64,000 nt of DNA from NCBI GenBank assembly GCA_003427395.1, contig BFEA01000041.1:4016461-4080460 (forward strand), written 5' to 3'. This document shows, one piece after another, positions 37,837 to 51,222 of this stretch. Source of the DNA: Chara braunii (Eukaryota; Plantae; Charophyceae). Each line of letters starts with the position of its first letter. Position 1 is the stretch's first letter. The notes beneath the pieces are model-generated. The model was given only the letters and a program-made list of their open reading frames with translations. It was not told the origin of the DNA and searched no databases. The translations under genes were made by a program, and so were the position numbers.

Positions 37837-39989
37837 TCTGGGCAGAGGCTCCAGTCGGTTGGATCTGGGAAGAAGAGGAAGAGGGTCCCACCATTACCTG
37901 AGGCCAGGCAGATACCAAGACCTGTTTGAGAAACTGTGAATTGAGTTTCTTGTCCTTTCCCAATTTTGCATTCAGTTCAAACAGGAATTCGGCAGATAAC
38001 TCCGGAGATACTTTAACCCTCCGGAGATCGGATTTGCTTCCCTCTGAAAACCAGGCTAGTGGGAGCAATCGAAGACCTTCAGTCTCCAGCTGCCCAACTA
38101 GCCTAGAAGAAATCGAGCATCGAAAAGAGGGGAATAATACTTAACCCTTCTTCCTGCTGTGTCGACCAGAAACCGAGGGATGAAGATCTCAACGATAATG
38201 CGCATGGAGAACTTATTCTGAAATAAGTTTCTTGGAAGCGTTTCGGAGGCAAGCGGCATCAGGGATTCCGGACAGTTCATATTAAATAACAGCGGACCCC
38301 CATCGATACCCAACCACGAAACTATCCAGATTGAATCACGAACGAATGAGCAGATAATCGGTAATAGCTTAGTTTCCATGACCGTTTGTCCTTTGGACAA
38401 CGCATACATTCGGGCACAGGTAGATTTGCGTTTACCTGCCGTTGACGAGGGTGTGTCGGAGTTAAACGAACCTTCATTCGAACTGCCCGAGGCTTTTGCA
38501 CGAACCTCATCCACCCGAATCTCAATACCACCTCCTTCTGAAATTCGCCTTTGTTTCCCTGGGGATTCTCCTCGGGATCGGCTCCCACTGAGCACATGTC
38601 CCTGACCTCCCACAGGAGGAGGAGGGAATTGAGCTGCCGTACCCAGATTGCCTGGTTGCTGCCCTGGCACCATACCGGTCCAACCTTGGCTCCAAGGAAC
38701 AAAGGCATGAAGATTCGTGAGAGACGGGCTTACACCCAGTTGAGGCGCCCTCAGTTGACCTGTCGACTGTTGCATAACGAACGGGTGAGAGGGTATCCCT
38801 TGCAGCAGAGACGCCCAACCACCCGGTAACATACCCGAATTAGTTGCGCCAGCTTGAGAAGCATGGAGGTTGCCAATCACTTGATGTACTTGATGTGCTA
38901 GTGCTTCTCCTGGTGAAAACATTGGGTTGCTGCGTAGGTTGACACCTGCCGTAGCACTTGATTCTCCCGGAACCGCTGATGTAGCCGCGTTACCTTGTGG
39001 TTGTTGTTGAAGGCTACCCCCCGGAGCGCGAAGAGGGCCCTGATAGGGCTGCCTTGCGTTGCCAGTTCGAGTAGTGAACGTAGGCTACTGAATGTTGGAG
39101 TAACCACCTCAAGTTCGACGACTTGGTCTCCTACAGGTATCCTCCGTATGAAAGAAATTACGGCATCTCCCGCACCACTCCGTGTCGGCGTTTGCCAGCC
39201 TGACTTCCAGCACGTCCCCTTGATGTGTTTGAATCCAAATCTTATACTTCATGCAGTCTCTGTTGGATGGCTCGATGTCGAAGCGTAAGTTCACCAGTTT
39301 AGGATCAGACTCATCCGCTTCAGGAAGGTGACGCTTCACGATTTTGCTGATGGCTCTCTCAACGTGAACATGAATAAACACCATCTCATCAAGAGGGACT
39401 CCGACAGCTACTACCCAAAACGTGTCCTGATCCACCAGCTTCCTCCAATCCCTAAGTTCCGCACGAGTCATCCATGGCTTAAATTCTGTATGGTATATAA
39501 CTCCCGCCAGTTCTATGAAGTCCGATCGCTTAGTAAGCATCCAATTGGTGACCTCTTGCGTTCTTGGGATATACGAGACCACATTTGGACTCTCCACCTT
39601 TATTCTGCCCCTCTTGAATTCCTGTCCAAACAGCTCATCGCTAATCTAGCCATCTTCATAAGCTCGTATAGCATCTTCCTTCACCTTCCTTGGCAAAAAC
39701 CTAGCCCCTTCACGAAAGATTACTGTGACTGTCCTTCCTTTAAGCCACTTCACCTTGACTTCGTTCACCACATTGTTCAAGGTGAATTTCACCTCTCTTC
39801 CATTGACTTCCATGACTCCTGGGTCAATATCTGTTGGGACGATGCCTTCCTCGTAACAAGCTCTGACCATCTCCAAGACTCGTTCCTCCTCCATTCGGTA
39901 ATCTCCGGGTACTTGGCTCCTTGCCCCTTGGTCCGTTCCCCCCTGTGCCCTGCGGGGGGGGCTCTGCTTCCATCTTGATTGACGGCCAA
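37823..39989 (-). pseudogene. LINE C ORF1
   Basis: CGRCRNFFHTEDTC knuckle; overlaps the ORF2 start as in copy A. Confidence 0.88.
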
Positions 39990-42409
39990 CTTCTCTTTGA
40001 GCCAGTTTTCCCCTAATACGAGGAAGATATTAGCTAGACAACAACAGAAAGATTACGTATTACACGTATGACAGTGTAAGCTGAAGCGTATAACAGTATA
40101 GGCAGGGCAGGGCGGATACTACTAGCTGCTGACGTCACCAGCTATGGCCACCGCCATAGTTCCTTGACAAGGCAAGGATATCGGGGCGTCACCCACGGCT
40201 CAATTTCCACGTCGGAATTTCGCCGCCAACCAGGCCTGCCGAAGCAGGCAGCGTTACGACCGAGCGCCGTAGCGCCAGCGGTAACGACGGTCCGCCCACG
40301 CCCGACACTGCCTAGTTTGCAGGACTCTCTCTCTCCTTTTTTTGCATTTCGTTTCCCCCGGGTAATTTTCAGAAACTTATTTCACTGTCTGTAAGGGATT
40401 CCAGCTCGAGACCACATCTTCAGCTCGAGGCCACATCTTCAACAGTTCGGTGTACCAACTGAAGTAGGCCGTTTCCTGCGAGGACATCAGCTTTCCACCG
40501 GTAATACCGAGAGGCCGGTTGGTAAGTTAGAATCCGCTGGGAACTTTTTGCACTGGACGAATGTGGTCGTATTTGCGGTCAAAATTCGTACACCGAAGTC
40601 CTTGTCCGAAAATGTAAATGTATACTCTAAAAGGTTCCCAAAACTACCGAACACTCGAACACAAGCAAAATACCGGAACACAAGCAATCTTTGGGCCTCG
40701 CTCCGCTACTCTCAGATGGCGGTGCACCTGTCGATGTTCTAGCGGAAGATTCACTCTCGTTTTGCACGTGTCGAGGGTAGTGGAGGTAACTCGCCGCGGC
40801 CGTAGATTGCCTTTTGCATGGACGGCGGCGACGATAGAATAAGAGTCCGATGCATTAGCCGTACCGGCACATGATCTTGTGGCGGGAGATGCCGGGCAAG
40901 GTAGACCTCTCGACTTGGTTGTCTCTAAATCGGCGCTTGTCCTCTCTCTCCTTCAGTGTGTCGGGGAAGGATTCTCTCGGCAGGTGGTAGGTGCCAGGTG
41001 GTGTGCTAAACCTGCAGGGAACGTAAAGAACGCCATAACTGAGGTTGCCCGAAGACGGCCTAGTTGTTAGAGAGATGGCGACCGCNNNNNNNNNNNNNNN
41101 NNNNNNNNNNNNNNNNNNNNNNNNNNNNNNNNNNNNNNNNNNNNNNNNNNNNNNNNNNNNNNNNNNNNNNNNNNNNNNNNNNNNNNNNNNNNNNNNNNNN
41201 NNNNNNNNNNNNNNNNNNNNNNNNNNNNNNNNNNNNNNNNNNNNNNNCCCCCTTCTCCCGCCGACGGCCCTGCGCTTCCGCTGCCTCACCCCCGCCCCTG
41301 CCCCCCCCCCCCCCCCCCCCCCTCCCCCGCCCTGTCTGCCCCCCCCCCCCGCACACCCTACGTGTGTGCTCCACTTGCTCTCTTTTCGGCCCACCCAATT
41401 ATCTCTAATTACCCCCTTCCCTTCCCTTCCCCCGCCCTGCGCTCCCTTTGCCCCTCCCCGGCCTCCGCCCCCGCCCCGCTTTCGCCCCCGTTCCCGCTCC
41501 TACCTCCGGCCCCAGTTTTTGCTCCCCATCCGCGTCTCCAGTGTGGCCCCAGTCCCCTTACACACGTTCAACGCGACATGAACGCGCCGTTGGAACGGCG
41601 GACTTGTCCTTTGCGTTTGCTGCCGCCGTATCTGGGCCAGATTCCTTGCACTTTCCTTCGTCTGCGCCTCACTCCATCTCTTCTGGCCTATTCCGCTCGC
41701 TCATGTTCTCCTCCTTGCCTCTCTCTTTTTGAGCATGCGCTGTCCCTTGCATTTTCCTTGATTGTATTTGACAGCGACAATTCAGCGTAGGAAGTGCTGA
41801 TGCATGTACACCTACTCTCTCACTCTTCCCGCAAGTACATCTTTGTCGTTCATTTCACGCTTCGTGTCGTTCGTCTTGCGGTTCGTGTCCCTCAACATCC
41901 ATTGTGAGTGCAGCCATTTTCGAACGGGCGGAAATGTAAGGGCGGGAGGACAAGGACGAGGAATGGGTGGCGGGAAATGTTCCCCAGCGAAGATGATATT
42001 TTTGTTGTTCCATGGATAATGATATTTTCGTTTTTCCATGGATAATTCCGAATGGTGTCCAGACGAATTTTTGTTGACAGCAAATTTCAATCTTCAGTGG
42101 CGTGGAAGCAGCCGAAGTTGGGGAGGAAGAGGGAGGGGGTGGGGGGTAGCGGGGGCCTGGGGGTTTAATTTGCCCCGCTGGTAATGATCTCTTGGTTCCA
42201 CGTATCCGTCCGCAGTCTGGGGGCCTCCCTCTTGGGCCCTTGCCACGACATTGTGGTAATAGGGAGTGCATCTTCAGCGAGAATGTGGAAACGTACACGC
42301 GCTATCGTTTTTTTTTGTTTCACAATTTGACCTTGCATTAATCACAATGCACAGACCAGGTTCAATGCACCGACCAGGTTCAATGCACAGACCAGGCGTA
42401 TCCGTGCGA

Positions 42410-42533
42410 CTTTGAGTCTAGATACAGCAATGATGACCGGGCGTTCTACTCGAATAGAAATAGCCGTATCTGGACGAAGTTTCAGTCTACGTTCAGCGAT
42501 TATGACCGGCCGTTTTTTTTCGGGTGAAGACGG
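42410..42533. mobile_element. Degenerate copy of the 105-bp TA-flanked MITE family
   Basis: atgaccgggcgttcta and cgggtgaagacgg|ta shared with 50668-50772. Confidence 0.6.
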
Positions 42534-42980
42534 TAGTCCTCCTGGGCAGGTTGCGCCGGAGGCCAGGCGGAGTAAGGAGGGCGCAAACGGGCATTTTCTA
42601 AATGGAGGGGGGCAAATATTTCAGAAAGAGGAAGAAAGAGAGAGGAGGGGGGGGGGGAGGAGGAATGGAAGCCCAAAAGTGATTTGTCTTTCAGAATGAG
42701 GAAGAAAGGGGCGGGGGGGGAAATGTCAGCCCCAAAGTGATTCGAGCAACGCAGAGATGAGACGCGATTTCTGCAGTTCTTTGTTTTTGGAGCAGATTTT
42801 TTTTTTTTTTTTTTTTTTGTTTGTGTTGAAGGGGAGCAGATCTTTACCTTACCGTACACATGCCAGAAGGGGAAAAAAAAAAAAAAAAGACAATAAGAAA
42901 CAATGTCAAACCAGGGATAATTGGCATTGACTGATTGATTGGTGACTTTGTTTTTCACAAATGTATTTTCTTTGATGCAG

Positions 42981-45513
42981 GCTTCTGCTCGGGGATTTCC
43001 GTTGAGGTTGTGTGCGTCGCAGCGGTCGGGATCCCGATCACTCTCTTTTGCCGCGAGGAAGAGTGTGTGGAAAGTCTCTACGCGGAGGACGACAGTCAGA
43101 TGTAGTGCGGTGAGAACACACACACACACGCATACAGACACACATGGGGTGTTCAGTCTCCTGACGAGCCGATGAAAGTCCGACGACGAAAGAGTCCGCC
43201 GCCGTCATATATGCTTATCGGCCTCGCCGCAGAACTCACCCAATGTGCAGAGTGAGAACGTATCTTCCCCGAGAACGTCGAAAGAAACATCCACATCCGC
43301 TTTATTAGTTTAAATTGTCCCTTGCACATTTGGCGACGGGTGCGGCGAGGGGCCGTATGATGGATGTCTCTGGGTCATTAAATAATAAATACAGACCGAG
43401 GACCGACGGAAGAGTCTTGACGCAGTCATGCTTATAGTCAGATGAGCATCTGTGTGCTTTAAGAACAAAAATACAGACAGAGTTCAAGGTGTGTGATGAG
43501 TGGATGGAAGTTATTATACGTTATATATTTAATTCTTAGGTACAGTTTAATGCAATTTATTATCATTATAATATAATATGAGTAATATATATCTATGTCA
43601 TCTAACATGGATGTTTGACGATCTATATGAAAGAAAAGGGACTGAAAAAGAGAAAAACAAGGAGCACAGCGCGATTCGCGCCTTGCGGGTTCGAATCCCG
43701 CTATCTACAACAAATGCAGAGGGAGTCCGACTCCTTCTGATGAGGAATTGATTATAAGGTTCGATGAAAGTTCGACGACGAAGAGGGTCTCTCTCTGATG
43801 AGGCGATGAAGGGTCGATAGAACGCTCGACGAAAAGGGTCTGATGAGGGGTGGGGATGTGTTCTATTCGAGGGATTGCCTGAAGTGGTCCATTTAGAACT
43901 GACAACGTGACTGCGCCGTAGCTACCCTACCCCAATAAGGAAAGGAAATGTGCACCTGCATATCAAGTGCATCTCATCTCAACCAAGAAAGACGATGGAT
44001 GACAACCGGTGATGTGTTCACAGACAGCTTTGTGGGTCCCGCGCGGGGCTGCCAGGCAGAATTCTTTTTTTTTCTCTGTATCGTTCCTATGTCGCAGATG
44101 TCCCGATTGACTTTTGCATGCATTTGCGTGGTTCGAGGATGATGATGATGATGATGATAAGAATGTAGTGCAGCAGTGTGACAATATATAGTCATGGGCG
44201 CATATTACAAGCATGTACTGATAAATTCAGTCACCAGTATGTGCATCTAAATGCGCAACATTATTTGCCTCGACCCTTCTTCCTTCGAATTCCACACTTG
44301 AAAATAGGTGGGAGGAGGGAAGGGAGGGTTGGGCGCTTCCCTCCTTTGTTCGGTCTGCTGCCGATCTATGTGGGACTAGTCTTAAAGTCGCACTCAGTCC
44401 ATGATCGGTAAATGCGACGGAAGGAAGACATGCATGCGTGCATGTGTTGTATGTTTATTGGACTTGATTTATTTGTACTATTTGTAGCAGCTCCTCTAAG
44501 AGGGGGGCGGGGTGCAGGGGGAGAGGGGGGGGGGGGGCGCTTGGGGGGAAAGGATGCAGTTTAGCCTTGTATNTCTGTTGTTTTGGACCGTTTGGATTTA
44601 TTGTTGATTGGGTTGTTTTTGTTTAAACACATGGGTCCGGCTGTACTTGCTGTACTTGTATAAACATCCCTGGGCTCGGGTGTGCACTTGTGGAAACATC
44701 CTGGCCCATGTGGATGCTGCTGTTTATCCATCCACACAAACCATGTGAAATTTGTGAATCACGAGCCAGATTCACTGTGTAGTCTTGCAAACTAACAAAT
44801 GAAAACGGCGTGCGCTAGGATTTGAGCCCAATGGGTGAGTGATTTGATAGAATCCGATCTCCTGAGCTGCTAGCTGACAGCAACATGTGCACCGCTGCTC
44901 CACACGAGCCAAGCCAGACCTGTACTTGTGTATTTGAATTGGCTGTGCCGAACCTGTTGCCCTTGGGGTAAAGTTTCCCTTGGGTCCACAGCCCACTGGG
45001 CTGCAGCTCCCAAGACCTGCCTGATGCTTAAGGTTTTGTGTGGATGGATATAATACTGTATGTTCTTTTTCGTCCTGTCAAATTATCGAGATCTGCCGGC
45101 CCCCTCTTGCCCTCCCTCCCTCCAATGGACCACACGGATCAGATATCAAACTGATGAGAACAGATACTACTACTACTACTACTACTACACTTGATCTTAC
45201 TCGGCCAAAAGGGCGAGAAGGGTATAGGATCCGCGTCTTCAATAATACTGCCACTTGGATTTCTTGCTCATCGGTAATATTTGCAGTCGTACATCATCAT
45301 GTATATATATGTGACTAAATATGAATATGAATACATACACAGCGGACTCGAGAGACTGTTGAGGAGTTGGTTTTTTTGTCCGGCTTTGGCACAGGTGGTG
45401 TGGAGAGAAAGGACGCTGATGTACTGCCCCTTCTCCGGGTAGTTGTTTGTGGCAATATGTGACTACATGTCTGAATGTTTGTATATATCTATGATGTTAC
45501 CTTGTTTGCGTGT

Positions 45514-45610
<97 letters not shown>

Positions 45611-46833
45611 CTCTTGGTGTCCTTTTTCAGGATGCATCTGGAGCTGCTACGGCTGAGGTTGACTCAGCTGTGCTTGAGAAAGTGATGGATGTTATTGCTG
45701 AGAAGTCTGGAGTTGAGAGGGGCCAGGTTAAGCCAGAAAGTGGGTTCGACGAGCTGGAAATTGATTCTCTTGATCAGGTAGCCGTCCACTCCAGCTTGTA
45801 CCCTTTTATTTTTCCTTCCAGTTTTTTATTAAAGCTAGTTGTGTATGTGCCTTGGTGTCAATATTTCAGTAGGAAAAATCTGTCTCAGAAAAGGCAAGGC
45901 CGCTGATTCCAGAGTCTTTTATTAACTGATTTGCTAATTTATCCCAAGTAAAATGAGACAAATCCGCGCTCATTCGGGGCATGCTCGCTCATCTCTGGAC
46001 GTGATTGTGCATCATAGGAGTCAGATGCGTTCTGCTCTGAGCGTAATTGCAGTGGGGTTATCTCAGATACATATAGGTACACTGTTTTCTGTTTCTGCAC
46101 TCAGTGATCTTGTGTATCTAGACTAAAATGCCCCTGAAAGAGCAGAATGCCCTTTTGGTCCGAAGTCGTCGTGTTGTGCCTGAAGAATGTGGGTGGAGCG
46201 GAGTGCCCTCTTGGGACGAAATCTTTGTGTTGTGCCCCTGTCAGGCGGGTGTGCAACTTTGCAATCTGGACCTCCCCGTTTGGGCCTTGGCCCTTTTGCA
46301 ACCAGGGGCTATTTTGCGAACTTGGACGGTACCCGGTAGGGGTACATCACAAAGATGGGGGGTCCAACCGACACAAGGGGTATTTCACAATTTTGCCAGG
46401 GGCGTTCTGCTCTACCCACGTCTTTCAGGGGCATTTTGGCATGTATTTCGACTTATGGGGATATTTTGAAAACTATACCTGTCCTTTATTATTATTATTA
46501 TTATTATACTATTATTATTATTATTATTATTTTATTAAATGTTTTGTTGAGCGTGATGTTTTTTTTTTTTTTTTCCGGTCATCCTTGTGCAGGGGCCATG
46601 CTGACCTTCTCTGTATTGTGGCAATTGTAACGGATGTCCCTAAGGACAGTCCACCATCATTCTCAGATCTTTGCCTTTTACCTCCTTGTCTTTTTTTGGT
46701 ACAGGTGGATATCATGATGAGTTTGGAGGACGAGTACGGAATCAGCCTGGGAGAGGAGAATGCTGCCAAGTTGACATCTGTCATGGATGTTGCAAAATTG
46801 ATTGCCGAGGAGCTGAAGAAGCCCAAGGCATAA
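42981..46833 (+). CDS. ACP: Plastid-type acyl carrier protein; exons 42981-43109, 45631-45777, 46705-46833; first exon probably from ATG 41075 into the gap
   Basis: Phase-0 GT-AG introns. Exon A is transit-peptide-like and ends VRCSA. Spliced product has ELEIDSLDQVDIMMSLEDEYGI with the DSL phosphopantetheine Ser. Confidence 0.9.
43668..43710 (+). pseudogene. tRNA 3'-half / SINE head fragment
   Basis: gcgggttcgaatcccgc T-arm (B box); no 5' half. Confidence 0.45.
45521..45610. repeat. (CT)n at the ACP splice acceptor; other SSRs at 47450-47486, 48615-48663, 55254-55376, 55849-55906, 57535-57587 and 63929-64000
   Basis: Direct reading. Confidence 0.95.
46126..46437. mobile_element. MITE-like insertion in the ACP intron
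   Basis: aaaatgcccctgaaaga / tctttcaggggcatttt and gagcagaatgccc / gggcgttctgctc inverted pairs. Confidence 0.6.
46559..46647 (-). pseudogene. U6: 3'-truncated, polyadenylated U6 snRNA retrocopy
   Basis: gtcc.tagggacatccg...atacagagaag.t.agcatggcccctgc.caaggatgac followed by an A-run. Confidence 0.88.
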
Positions 46834-47449
46834 TACAGCCCGAGGAATTGATAGGCGGACTTGACTCCTGAATGGCTCGGGAGACTTCCTGACCGACATG
46901 TATTTTTGCGCGTCTGGATGTGATGTGTCTCAGCAGCTCAGAACAGAACCTTGTAATTTCTCCCAATTCCATCTTTAAAAATAACTCTTTCAGTTCGGGT
47001 CCTGTTCCATTTGGCAGCTAATTGTTCCAGACACAGTGCTGCTTGGACCATTGTTCCAGACAGTCCCGTTCGGGGACACTGTCTCTTGGAGTGCAGTGGT
47101 GGGATGGTCGTATGTTGCTGTGGGTTTGAGTCTTGGGGCTTGTTCTCAACATGTCCTCGGGTTTGTTTTCTAGGAGGTATCTCCTTGGGTGCGGAGTGGA
47201 GACCATTTACGTGGTCAAATGTTCTAATGATTCAATTGTACAGAAAACTGGTAGTCGTACCTGTTATGCTGTACTTCCAGCCCTGATGCCCCCCACAGCA
47301 ATGATATGAGAAAGGGGGGAAAGGGGAAACATGACTTCAGATTATGTGCCCGTTGCTTGGGGCTTTTGAAAGTCGAACAGNNNNNNNNNNNNNNNNNNNN
47401 NNNNNNNNNNNNNNNNNNNNNNNNNNNNNNNNNNNNNNNNNNNNNNNNN

Positions 47450-47489
<40 letters not shown>

Positions 47490-48612
47490 AGAGCTTGCAG
47501 GGGCAGCTGTAGTGTAGTTGGGCTGTTCATTACATTTGGAAAGCTTATCACCAGCTTGAGTATAGTATCGGTCCGTGATTGATGGCTGCGACATGCAGGG
47601 CATGTTAGCGGCCGAGTATACTTTCGTGGCGGGACTCTCGATCCTCTATGCTGAGCGATAGGGGCATCGACAATTGGCCACAGTTGTTGGCTCATGGTCT
47701 CTGCATTGCTGTTTATCTATACCCTCTTTCATTTTGCAATGGTGTTATGATAGTAAATATTTAAGAACGCTCCGGAGGCAGGAAGTTCAGTGTGCACGAA
47801 GCAGGTTTCTGCTTCCATGTATCGACTCTATCGAGCTTAATCTCTTTTACATTGATGATGTGAAACTTCAAAATTTGTGTTACACATGCCATTGGTTAGA
47901 GATGGATGAATGTGTTTCGCAAAAGTGTGTGTCGCCGGTGACTGGCTGTTTTTGTTGTTCGGTGTTTCGAGTCTTGGTTGGGTGTCTGTTCCCATTGATG
48001 GTGTGGGTGGTGGTTTTCATTGTTGCTTTTTCTCTCAGCGTTTGGTGGATTTGCTTACGATTTCGTGCCTATTTATACAAACCAAAGATATAAAAAAAGC
48101 CTGCACTTGCCCAACATGAAATGCCACTCCTACCTGGATGACAAGCACTTCAATCGCGTGAGTATGTTTTGGTGCACTAAATCATTTATGTTCATTTTTC
48201 AATTTGATGTGGCGGGACTCCTTTTACGGTCATGGTGATAGGTGAAGAGACTTGGGAGTTGTGGCTAAGGCCTCAATTCCTTTCTTTGCACGGATGGATC
48301 ACCAGTGGAAGGGTTGGAGACAGAAGGAGATGAGGGGAGATTGAGAGAGAGAGAGATGGGTGCATGGAGGGGAAGATGTTGAAGGTAGGCAGAGGAAGGG
48401 ATGGGCAATAGTCGGCGGGAAAGGAGGGGGAGAGACAGGGGAGGGTAAAAGATTAGCGTAAGCAAGCCGAACAACGAGGAAGATGGGAGATGGAGGGGCA
48501 AATGGGAGGAAATGGTGGGGTCAGTGTGGGTGTAAATAGAGGGAACAGGGCCAGGAGTGAGCAAATATCAGGGAGAGATGTACTGTGTTTGTGTGTTTGC
48601 CGTGTGTGTTTG

Positions 48613-48667
<55 letters not shown>

Positions 48668-50286
48668 AGGCGTAGTGAAGAAAGAAAGAGAGGCAAATGA
48701 GAAGGGGAAAAAAGGAGGATTCACTGTCTGCAGGTCTCACCTGTCCAATTTGCCAGGTTCCGATTTCCAAGCCATATTTTGCAGCCAGGTTGAAATCTCT
48801 AAGTCACATGCTTAAGTGCTCACTGGCTTTGCCCAACCGTCTTCACGGAATACCTATACCGTTTCAGACAATGCCACATAGTTTTGTCGACCTGCTGTAA
48901 TCGGTTCACATCTGATCTAATTGGAAGTTTAAGCTGCCAGCTGAACAGATTTTGAAACCTGAGGTGGATATGATCATATATCTGTCTAAATCGCTTCTTC
49001 TATTTTATAATTTTTATCCAATCCACCTAACCCAAGGAGCGATGTTGGTCCTGGCTCCTCTAGTACATGTACAAAAGGTGGGAAATATGGGGTGTAAAGA
49101 CTGCAATAGATGGAGCCTCCCCGAGGATGCTAGGCGTCTGCTCTTATCAGCGCCCCTAGCATTCACTCGGGTTGTTAAAAGAAAAAAAAAGAAAAAAAAA
49201 AAAAAAGAAAAAAACTGCGTACCTTCGATAGTTCCAGATGAAAAAGCAATTAAAAGATGTTAACCTACCTGGCCAATAGAAATATAAGCCGGCTCTAGTG
49301 GCTCATAGCTACTTGCAGCCGAGGACTTTCATAGACTTGACTGAAAGTTTTTTTGTTTTTTTTTGGTGATTTTACTAAAAATTTGCAACTCTTTGTGAGA
49401 AATGACTTGACGGGAGAAAAAGAACAAGAAATGAGAACATTGTCAGGGACTGGTTCAGGTCTTCGGTGTGCACATTTCACTTTATCGTCGTCTTTCCCTA
49501 ACACAACGCATGCTTGTTTTGATGCCCGATCGCACGCTTGTTTTGATGCCGGATTGGAAATATAGCTTGGACACATTCATTTTTTCAGGGTGCATTATGT
49601 CCGTTGCATGGACTAATAGCTGTCGACTGTACATTTTGAAGATCGAAGATCAAGGGCTCTGTGAAATCTTGGCCCGGGTCCGAACCCTGGGACTACAGTT
49701 ATTTCACCCACTGCGTTAGCGTCATCCTCGGAGTAGTACACTGAAAAGTTTCTCATTCAAAACACTATTCAGACTAAAAAAAGAAGTGGAAAGTAAAAAA
49801 AAACACTATTCGGGGGGAGAGAGCGGTACGGTTAACCACTCCGCCGTTATCTCAGCGCCTTTCGATGAAAAGCAGTGATTCACCAGAGGCTGTGGAAGAT
49901 GCCCGACCAGTGCCATGACCGACCGAAATGGCCCTCTCTGCCTTAGACGTCAGAAGTTGTCAGATGTCAGAGATGTGTAAGTAAACTACATGCCAGAACA
50001 CCAACTTCCCTACCTCAGTCCGTATACCTAGGGGGGGGGGGGGGGGGGAAACACTGTTGAAATACAGACCTGAGTTTGAATTGCGATGGAAACTAACGAG
50101 TGGAAATAACTGTGAATTAACGTGGCGATGGTCAGCCCAGAGATGATATGTCGAGGCCGTCGGCCTATAAAACCCGGAAAAGGGGGAACAAAAAACAAAC
50201 GAACAAGCGAACAATGCAGAGACCCTTCTCTGCTTTTTGTTTTTTTGAAGGAATTCGCAGGTGTGCCTAAATGAGACCCTTATCTG

Positions 50287-50287
<1 letters not shown>

Positions 50288-50336
<49 letters not shown>

Positions 50337-50990
50337 GTTCGATATCTCCGATCTATTGGTGGGGAGCTGCACCTGCTGGAAACCGGGTCCAGCGTCCCTC
50401 ATTCACAGAAGTTCACTAGTTCCCTTCCTGCAGCAGGATCTAATCCCCAAACAAAATACTATCGGGAGGCACTACCTATGGGCCTCTTCACCCTGTTTCC
50501 AGGGCGCCAAGTATACCTACCTACCTATACAGTCGTAGCTTTTTTTTTTTTTTTTTTTTCCTAGTCCTAGCCTTTAGTGACCTCCTGGGGCCAAATCCAA
50601 TGAGGTTCAAAAAATTCAAAACAGAATCACAGAGAGAGCCCGCACCAAGGAGCTGAGCAATTGACTACCGTCTTCACCCGAATAGAACGCCCGGTCATTA
50701 TCAACGCATCTGGACTGAAAGTTGTGCCAAATACAGATATAATGACCGGGCGTTCTATTCGGGCGAAGACGGTAGGGGGAGCTACTCAGTTCAAGGAGGG
50801 CGGGGGCCCATCAACCACGGCTCAATTATGATCCCACTCGCTTCCGTCTTTAACAGTTTAACACTGACTCCCCATGTCCTGAAGAATTTGGCTCTCGCAT
50901 TCATTTTATGTGCAGCTCTGTTCATTCGCCTCCAGTCAATCCAAATCAACCTTCTGATATGGGAGAGAACCATATCCATGATAGCAATGT
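50288..50990 (-). mobile_element. 5'-truncated LINE 3' end with poly(A) tail
   Basis: IDWRR...FFRTWGVSVKL resembles the copy B ORF2 terminus (ADWRR...FGETWAVGGKL); T-run at 50288-50330. Confidence 0.7.
50668..50772. mobile_element. 105-bp hairpin MITE, TA TSD (Tc1/mariner-type)
   Basis: 34-bp TIRs ccgtcttc.cccgaatagaacgcccggtcattat. Confidence 0.85.
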
Positions 50991-51156
50991 CTGAATAAAA
51001 CTTGTTTTTGAAAAGTCTGCCGTTCCCTCAAGAGTCCAGATAGTATGCATTAAAGCAGCCCTACAGGAACAGACTTTCCCTTTCTCAGCTACCTGAGGAA
51101 TGTCTGTGTCAACCCAGAGGTTCCTCAGGTAGCTGGGGTAAAAAAAAAAAAAAAAA

Positions 51157-51222
51157 GCGGCCTAGCTCAGTTGGGAAGGCTTGGAAGTAGCATTCAGGAG
51201 GTCTTGGGTAGAAACCACCAGT
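51157..51222 (+). mobile_element. tRNA-derived SINE-like head
   Basis: A box tagctcagttgg; degenerate B box gggtagaaacc. Confidence 0.4.

Larger units (their letters stand above)
33300..40100 (-). mobile_element. Near full-length L1/Tx1-like LINE copy C (ORF1; ORF2 APE-RT-zf)
   Basis: APE SWNVHGL, LQE, GDWN, SDH; RT KAPGDDG, WRPI, DLEKAYD, RQGCPL, LADD; zf CKRC..ESTNHLWYDC. Confidence 0.95.

Noticed and set aside
43155-43850. Cluster of CTGA(T/C)GA...GAAA motifs (43161, 43737, 43795, 43840) resembling hammerhead ribozyme cores
   Set aside because: I could not build convincing stems II and III plus an NUH site; it looks like a degenerate short repeat. An Infernal hammerhead search would settle it.
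45395-45438. Possible extra ACP exon (cag|gtggtg...cgg|gt)
   Set aside because: 44 nt would break the phase-0 frame, and it is not needed for a complete ACP
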